A stretch of DNA of 53,052 nt from a virus (Duplodnaviria > Caudoviricetes): positions 1-53,052 of IMG/VR virus record IMGVR_UViG_3300022932_000003; one strand, given 5' to 3'. The notes beneath the pieces were generated by a model. It made no database searches. It was not told the origin of the DNA and saw only the letters and a list, made by a program, of their open reading frames with translations. Position 1 is the stretch's first letter; each line of letters opens with the position of its first letter. Below, piece after piece: positions 47,384 to 53,052 of this stretch. Both the position numbers and the translations under genes were made by a program.

Positions 47384-47827
47384 TTATTTTTTGTGGTTAT
47401 ATGATATTTTAATACATTTTTCTATAAACAAATCTAAATTCATATTCCTTTTCATAAAATTACAAACAGCACAACAAGGAACACTATTTGATTCGATATA
47501 ACCAACATTGTTATCCAATCTATCAAAACCTACTTTTATTATTAAATCCCCGCAATAATAACATGGAGCATTAACATGTTTTATAAAAAAATCTAAAGTT
47601 AAATTAAACACTAAACCTCTTTTTGTGGATTCTCTTTTATATCTTAAAAACGCATCCTTTGCTATAAAATTGATATCTCCTGAACTAATTTTATCAGCCC
47701 TTCGTTCTTCATTTTTTTTATTTACTCTGCCTCTTACTGTTTTTCTACATATATCACTGCAATATTTAGAACTATGACTAATTAAAAAACCTGAATATTC
47801 TAAATTACATTCTTTACATATCTTCAT
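47384..47827 (-). CDS. Zn-binding HNH endonuclease
   Basis: CxxC..YCS..C; CYYCG..DRLDNNVGY..N.VPCC.VCN.MK. Confidence 0.85.
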   Translation of the reverse strand: MKICKECNLEYSGFLISHSSKYCSDICRKTVRGRVNKKNEERRADKISSGDINFIAKDAFLRYKRESTKRGLVFNLTLDFFIKHVNAPCYYCGDLIIKVGFDRLDNNVGYIESNSVPCCAVCNFMKRNMNLDLFIEKCIKISYNHKK

Positions 47828-47970
47828 TATATTATTTTAAGTTTGAATTCCTACACAAAACCCCGTAATTTTCGATACTTATCTTACAAATAATAAAATA
47901 TACACTTAATTTCAATATCCTTCACATGTGTTTTTTATAACGATAATTTTTTTAAGAAAGTCCTAATAAA

Positions 47971-48137
47971 AATTTCAATTACCGTAACGCGAACCGATCA
48001 CATTTTCTACTGCCCTACTGTTTACCCTATATCAGAATAAACGATCTCACAATCCCAATAGCGAGTAATGATTTAAAGAGCCTTTACAACCCTGAGAGTT
48101 ACCCGAGCCGTTTTATCGGCATCCAAAGACTGAAATT
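47971..48137 (-). ncRNA. Candidate multi-stem structured ncRNA
   Basis: 9-bp closing stem, at least 5 internal helices with G-U pairs, possible TCTCA/TGAGA pseudoknot; ORF-free and GC-richer than flanks. Confidence 0.55.
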
Positions 48138-48152
48138 AGTTTGTATATTTTT

Positions 48153-48335
48153 TTACTTTTTTATTCTTTTTGGCCCGTTAGCCTGATCAATTATAGCGTA
48201 AATTGTTCTTTCTGTCAAAAACAATGAGTTCGATAATTCTTCAACTATAACGCCCATTTTTTTAGATTGATTATCGTTTATGTATTTCATAACGTAATCA
48301 GATCTTTTTTCGAGTAATTTTTTATCTCTAAACAT
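48153..48335 (-). CDS. Small HTH DNA-binding protein
   Basis: IVEELSNSLFLTERTIYAII. Confidence 0.6.
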   Translation of the reverse strand: MFRDKKLLEKRSDYVMKYINDNQSKKMGVIVEELSNSLFLTERTIYAIIDQANGPKRIKK

Positions 48336-48336
48336 A

Positions 48337-48759
48337 TTACTCTACTTTAATTCCTGATTCCGCCAACTCTTTTGTAAGTTCAGCAATAAGTTTGTTTCTT
48401 GAAACTTCATCGTTGAATTCAATCGGATGATCTTTATCGCCTTTAAGTGTTGTTTCTTGGCGTGTTCCGCTCAATCTGTGAACTTCTTCATCACTTCCCA
48501 TTAATTTATAAGCAGCAATTTGAAGTGTTGAATTTTCGGATCCAATCCATTTTCGTTTTAAGCTTCCACAAACGATTCTTTTATTTGTATCTATTAAATC
48601 CTTTATATTGTCTAATTCGTCCGAATCAGCAGGAAAAAACAGGTAAAACGTTGATCTATGACAAGGGAGCAAAGCCGTAAGCTCGGTAATATCAAGGATT
48701 TCCTTTTCCTTAATTAATTCCAAAGCCTGTTTATAAATCTTTTTTTTGTTGAAAGCCAT
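48337..48759 (-). CDS. terS: Putative terminase small subunit
   Basis: N-terminal HTH (PCHRSTFY), KW..S...TLQIA.YKL, C-terminal L.GD..HPI. Confidence 0.65.
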   Translation of the reverse strand: MAFNKKKIYKQALELIKEKEILDITELTALLPCHRSTFYLFFPADSDELDNIKDLIDTNKRIVCGSLKRKWIGSENSTLQIAAYKLMGSDEEVHRLSGTRQETTLKGDKDHPIEFNDEVSRNKLIAELTKELAESGIKVE

Positions 48760-48771
48760 TTTAATTGTGTT

Positions 48772-49356
48772 TTAAAGCGTTTCTTTTTCTTTTTTGAGCA
48801 ATTGTACTAATGAACTACCAATATTGTAACCACGGTCTTTAAAATACTTGATTAATGCAAAGGCTTCATCGTATTCATTTATATCAAAAGCAATCATTAT
48901 CGATTTAGTCTTTTTGGTTTCGTTCTTTGCAATTGAACTATTTCCGATTGGATCAATTTTCTTTTCGATATCTAAACCCCAATTCGAAAGTTGCAAATCA
49001 TTCCATTCTAAATTAAGTGATTCCCAATCGTGTTGGCCGAAACTGATGTTGTCTTTGATTGTAATTGCTTTTAGCTTATCGATTGATGTTTGCGCCGGCA
49101 ATATTTTGCAGATCATTTCTTTGTAACCTAATTCCGTGCAAGCTTTTAAACGTTGGTTTCCTGCTATTACTACGAATTGGCGTTTGTAAGGAATAACAAT
49201 TAATTCGCGAAGCTCTAGCATTTCCGGATCCTCTTTGATGGACTGAACCAACTTTTTAAACCTGGCATCTTTTATAACACGCGGGTTTTTTGGCAATCCT
49301 TCGATTTGTCCGGTGTTATGATTTAGAAATTCTATTTGTATGCTTTTCGTTTCCAT
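48772..49356 (-). CDS. ParB/Srx N-terminal domain protein
   Basis: NPR.I....F.KL..SI, VIAGNQRLKA, IKDN..FG..DW. Confidence 0.85.
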   Translation of the reverse strand: METKSIQIEFLNHNTGQIEGLPKNPRVIKDARFKKLVQSIKEDPEMLELRELIVIPYKRQFVVIAGNQRLKACTELGYKEMICKILPAQTSIDKLKAITIKDNISFGQHDWESLNLEWNDLQLSNWGLDIEKKIDPIGNSSIAKNETKKTKSIMIAFDINEYDEAFALIKYFKDRGYNIGSSLVQLLKKEKETL

Positions 49357-49360
49357 GTTG

Positions 49361-49430
49361 TAAATGTACTAAAATTTAAAGCAAATGTACAAAAAGTATT
49401 CAAAAACGGATTATTTAGAACCGTTTTATA
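49361..49430 (-). promoter_or_regulatory. Packaging operon promoter(s) (-7 at 49361-49368, 49382-49389) with degenerate palindromic box 49414-49430
   Basis: Consensus match. Confidence 0.6.
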
Positions 49431-49475
49431 TAATTTTTGGTTGTTTTTGGAAATAAAACGTTCATTATTGGAAAT

Positions 49476-49507
49476 AAAAAAACCTCAACGTTATTGCTGA
49501 GGTTTTT
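49476..49507. terminator. Intrinsic terminator
   Basis: AAAAAAACCTCA-N10-TGAGGTTTTTT. Confidence 0.8.
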
Positions 49508-49672
49508 TGTTTAGTCATGTTACTATACTTCGCATGAGGTTTTGTAATTAAGCTATCAGTTTAAAACCTAAGAAAAAGTGCATTGATTAATTATTTTTAA
49601 AAATGGTTTAATTACGTAGTTTTTGATTTGCTATTTCATGATTTCTATTTTGTTGTTATGTCGCTTGACTGA

Positions 49673-50848
49673 TTAAACAATTTTTTTACCTAATTCTTTT
49701 TCGGCTTTTACTTTTGTAATTGTTGGGATTATTTCAGCCCATTTGCCTTTAAAAAATACATGCGTGCCTTTTAATAGAAATCCACCATCTGTTAGTTTTG
49801 TTACATGTGAAAAATCACCTTCATTCATTTCTATCTTAAAAATCCCTTCTTCATTCCTGTACCAAGGATATTTTAAGTAAACGCCATGTTTGTAACCTCG
49901 TTTTACCGCTTCATCTTTCAAAGCTTCAAAAACTTCTGATTCGGTTGCTTCAATCAAACTTTTCTGATGTGATGTATTCGCAATATATCCCTTTTTCCAA
50001 CCATCAAACCAAAAACCATAACAGTGTATTTCATCATAATCTATTTTATTCTCAATTCGTTCAATACAAATAAGAGAATTAAAATCTTTATTTCCTTTAT
50101 ACCATTTACCGACTTCCAACTCTTTAACTTCAGTTCCCACCATTGGCATATCTTTAAAATCAAAAGTAGATGATGCAGTAAAGCTCATTGTTTTAGCATT
50201 TGGAGCTGATAAAATAGCTTTGTTTTCGGCTTCTAATTCTTCAATACGAAGTTTTAGTTTGTTGTTTTCTTGTTTTAATATTTCGTATTGCTGAAAAATA
50301 TCAAATGAATCTGAAAGATGCGGCTGCATAAATCCATGTCCAAAATCTAAGCCTAAATTCAAACTCATAGGTTTGTAATTTTTCAATTCCTCGATAATGT
50401 TTGTGGTTTTAGGAATTACAATTTTGCCTTCTTTGATTGCTTTTAATAGCGATTCATAAATTGGCGCTTTAATTCCTGCAAATGGTTGCTTTAATTCAGG
50501 ATTAGACGGCATATCAACAATCTTTTTCAAATCAACTTTATGTTCCAAAATCTCAACACGTTTTTCTAATTCGGTTAGTTTGTTGGTTCTGATTGGTTTT
50601 TCAATTTTAATTCCGCAAGCAGCAAGGAATGTATTTTCGTTCCATGTTTCGAAAACTTCTCGACCTGAATTTTGGCAATCTTCTCTACCAACGTTTGCTA
50701 TATTGTTATTTGTATTTCTGAAATTGTTAACTAAATAACAAAAAGAATTGAAATTTCCTGATATATCCGATATTTGACAATTTTTCAATTTTGGTTTTAA
50801 TTGAATGAATTGTTCCTGAGTACATAACATGCTGATTGCTTTTTTCAT
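49673..50848 (-). CDS. Mosaic hypothetical protein (391 aa)
   Basis: Several short modules and coiled coils; LEVGKWYK and EAT..EV..AL..EA.KRGYK segments. Confidence 0.65.
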   Translation of the reverse strand: MKKAISMLCTQEQFIQLKPKLKNCQISDISGNFNSFCYLVNNFRNTNNNIANVGREDCQNSGREVFETWNENTFLAACGIKIEKPIRTNKLTELEKRVEILEHKVDLKKIVDMPSNPELKQPFAGIKAPIYESLLKAIKEGKIVIPKTTNIIEELKNYKPMSLNLGLDFGHGFMQPHLSDSFDIFQQYEILKQENNKLKLRIEELEAENKAILSAPNAKTMSFTASSTFDFKDMPMVGTEVKELEVGKWYKGNKDFNSLICIERIENKIDYDEIHCYGFWFDGWKKGYIANTSHQKSLIEATESEVFEALKDEAVKRGYKHGVYLKYPWYRNEEGIFKIEMNEGDFSHVTKLTDGGFLLKGTHVFFKGKWAEIIPTITKVKAEKELGKKIV

Positions 50849-50853
50849 AATTT

Positions 50854-52536
50854 TTAAAATAAGGTTAATTGTTGTTTTTCTATAATTTCTATTCGGTCCG
50901 GATAACAGGCGATATATTTATTCATGTTTTCGACTAAAACACCGGTTAGGTTTTCCGCATCGGTTGTAATTTCTTTGAACTTTAGGATCTCGTTTCCTGA
51001 TGAATCATAAAGTATTTTGTTTTTACGATGGTATGTTATTGCAGGATTAAGCATTTGCAACACGGTTATCGATTCTTTGCTGCTTTGCCATTTGACCTTT
51101 CCAAAAAGCCAAAAGGCTTTCGGTTGCAGGGATTCGATGTTTAAATTTAAATCCTGATTTGTATTCGATCAATTTCTCTTCGTAATGATTGATTCTTTCC
51201 TGAATTTCTGATTTATTTGCCATTAGATGGTTTTGATTTTAAATATTCGTTAATCAAATAATTTATTTTGTGTTGGCTGTAATGAAATGTTTCAGACAAA
51301 TTCGCAATAGTATTGTTTGGCTTGTGCTTCCAATGCTCAATTATTAAAATCTGATCGGAAATAGGGATTGTGGGTGACAAACTTACATTTTCCATAATTT
51401 AGTTTTTTGAATACATTTTTTTAAATCTTTCTCTATTCAATTTAAGAGCGTTTATTTTTTCTTTCCCGATTTCGATCATTTTATCTTCATGCCTTGTGAA
51501 CATTCTAAATTCCATGTAATTATCAAACACGTATTGTTTTGCAAATTGTTCAGTTACTGTTTTAATCCCTGTCATTTGCTGAACAGCTTCTATTAGTGTT
51601 GTTGCTTTCATAGTAAATTATAATTTAGTTCAAATATTGAAAATTTCCATTCAAAAGGTTCGAAACGAGGATCATTAGTTTCCCAATTCTTATATTTAAT
51701 AACTACGGGCATAGCCTGAAGAATTCTTCTATTTCCACGATAATCATCACAATAAATATCTTCTTCTTGACTGATTGAAATAATTCGGTATTGCTTACAA
51801 AGTCCTTTGATTATCTTTTTCGTATTTCCTTCTAAATACGGAATATGCTCAGATAATATTTCATTTACATCTTTACTAATACTAAATCCGGATAAAGATG
51901 TGTTTCTTCCTGTACAATAAATCATAATCCTTCACTTTTTAAATTAGCAATTCTTTCTTTCAAAAACTCGTTTCTTTCATCCCATGATTCAAACCAAAAT
52001 TCGCCTTTTTTCTTTCCTTCAGGCTTGAATGTTCCAAAATCGGCACAAAGCAAATCGAATTCTTCTTTAGTAATCTTTTTAGCATTGATTAAATATTGAA
52101 TCTCGATGCATAAGTTGGAACTATGAAATATAATAAAGCATTCCTGAAGTTTTAAATAGATATCGCTTAGTTTTCTCATGGTGTTATTTAAGCCGGATTT
52201 TACACCGGCTGATTAATTTTAAAGATTGTTTAATTGTCGAATGATTTCTCTTTGTTGAGAAAGATCAATTTTAGCCTCTCTGTGCTCATTTTTCAAGATT
52301 AGCACCTTATCACAAATTGAATCAAAATCTTTCGCTAAGAACGTGAATACAATGTTTTTCTTTTTACCAATCTGAACTACACACGAAATAGTTTTGTAAT
52401 AAGGCGTTGGTTTGTCTACTTCCGGTTTTTCTTCTAAACCTGATTCTTTAAGAATAAAAAGAACATCTTCTTTTGTGTAGGTTTGTTTAATTCCCGCTTC
52501 GATTGAATCAATCACATCTTGTAAAGCCATAATCAT
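50854..52536 (-). other. Cluster of small hypothetical genes (50854-51063, 51213-51395, 51399-51611, 51608-51925, 51922-52179, 52219-52536)
   Basis: Packed co-directional ORFs; 51213 ORF is HTH-like. Confidence 0.6.
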
Positions 52537-52569
52537 TTAATTTTAAATTGTTTTGCATTATTGCATATA

Positions 52570-52629
52570 CAAATGTATAAAATATACATATATAAAATAC
52601 ATTAAGGATTAATTAATAATGATTCTAAA
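52570..52629 (-). promoter_or_regulatory. Promoter (-7 TACATTTG 52570-52577), operator 52574-52588, palindromic box 52613-52629
   Basis: Consensus match. Confidence 0.75.
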
Positions 52630-52722
52630 TAACAGATCTTAATGAAATCGAAAGTTACGGCTTTGATATTGTTGGCTTTCATTAATTCCTGCTTTTGGGC
52701 TTTGGTTAGAGATTTCCAATAT

Positions 52723-53052
52723 TTAAGTTGGATCATTTAGTAATTTTTTAATTAGTAAAGCCAATACACCTACGCAAATACTGTTTCCGGCTTGCTTATA
52801 CAATTGTGAATCTGAAATTATTCCGGAAGAAATTGTTTTTTCTATCATTACAGGATTGAAGTCCATTAACCTAAAACATTCCGTTGGAGTTAATCTTCGT
52901 ATTCTTTGTTTTACTGAAATTAAAGATTCTTTTTGAAAATTTGGATTGGCCAATAATGTATCATAATAATCCTGATCTTTTAGAACTAAATTTTTATCCT
53001 TAAAGGATCCTGAATCTTGGCCGGTCTTTTTAAAATGTTCTCTTCTTCTCTT
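52723..53052 (-). CDS. DNA cytosine-C5 methyltransferase, 3' part
   Basis: RIRRLTPTECFRLMDF (motif IX) and QLYKQAGNSI (motif X). Confidence 0.92.
   Translation of the reverse strand, partial: KRRREHFKKTGQDSGSFKDKNLVLKDQDYYDTLLANPNFQKESLISVKQRIRRLTPTECFRLMDFNPVMIEKTISSGIISDSQLYKQAGNSICVGVLALLIKKLLNDPT
52926..53052. repeat. Terminal direct repeat, copy 2
   Basis: Identical to 1-127. Confidence 0.95.

Noticed and set aside
618-49126. Plus-strand ORFs outside 23215-25026 (for example 618-833, 3336-3893, 26537-26872, 37247-37630, 43267-43653)
   Set aside because: Antisense shadows of well-supported minus-strand genes, with no motifs
48772-49356. ParB as evidence of a plasmid partition system
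   Set aside because: No ParA; ParB-N genes next to terS are common in phage packaging regions
52723-52953. 76-aa stand-alone ORF or MTase pseudogene
   Set aside because: It is the in-frame C-terminus of the gene starting at 1531 across the junction
52926-53052. 127-bp terminal repeat as a biological DTR
   Set aside because: The length equals a common assembler k-mer and it falls mid-gene in the MTase; best explained as circular overlap
1-53052. CRISPR array or stop-codon reassignment
   Set aside because: No repeat-spacer periodicity seen; long genes are intact in code 11 and TAA, TAG and TGA all terminate genes

Overview
The window is a complete, circularly permuted, AT-rich siphovirus-type phage genome of about 52,925 bp. 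Bases 1-127 repeat exactly at 52926-53052, consistent with an assembler k-mer overlap. The host is very probably Flavobacteriia/Bacteroidota, judged from TAnnTTTG -7 promoters, A-rich SD-less start regions and a DUF3127-type SSB. Nearly all genes are on the minus strand. Modules: packaging (ParB-N, TerS, TerL, portal), head, tail (MTP, TMP, beta-helix tail spike), lysis (M15 endolysin, holin-like and spanin-like genes), recombination/replication (DUF1351, RecT, MBL nuclease, NinB, NinG, SF2 helicase, initiator with internal iterons), two DNA methyltransferases and two HNH endonucleases. I recognised no integrase. The C5-methyltransferase spans the contig junction and is mostly missed by the ORF track. 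The most unusual content is non-coding: (i) nine copies of a Fur-box-like 17-bp palindrome at stereotyped distances from promoters, plus a second 15-bp operator; (ii) two sequence-unrelated kissing-loop leader RNAs in front of replication genes; (iii) three aberrant tRNA-like RNAs, one expanded to 232 nt; (iv) a ~170-nt multi-stem ncRNA between terS and an HNH gene; (v) a four-half-site dyad at the late/early boundary. All product calls come from motif recognition by eye, without database searches.
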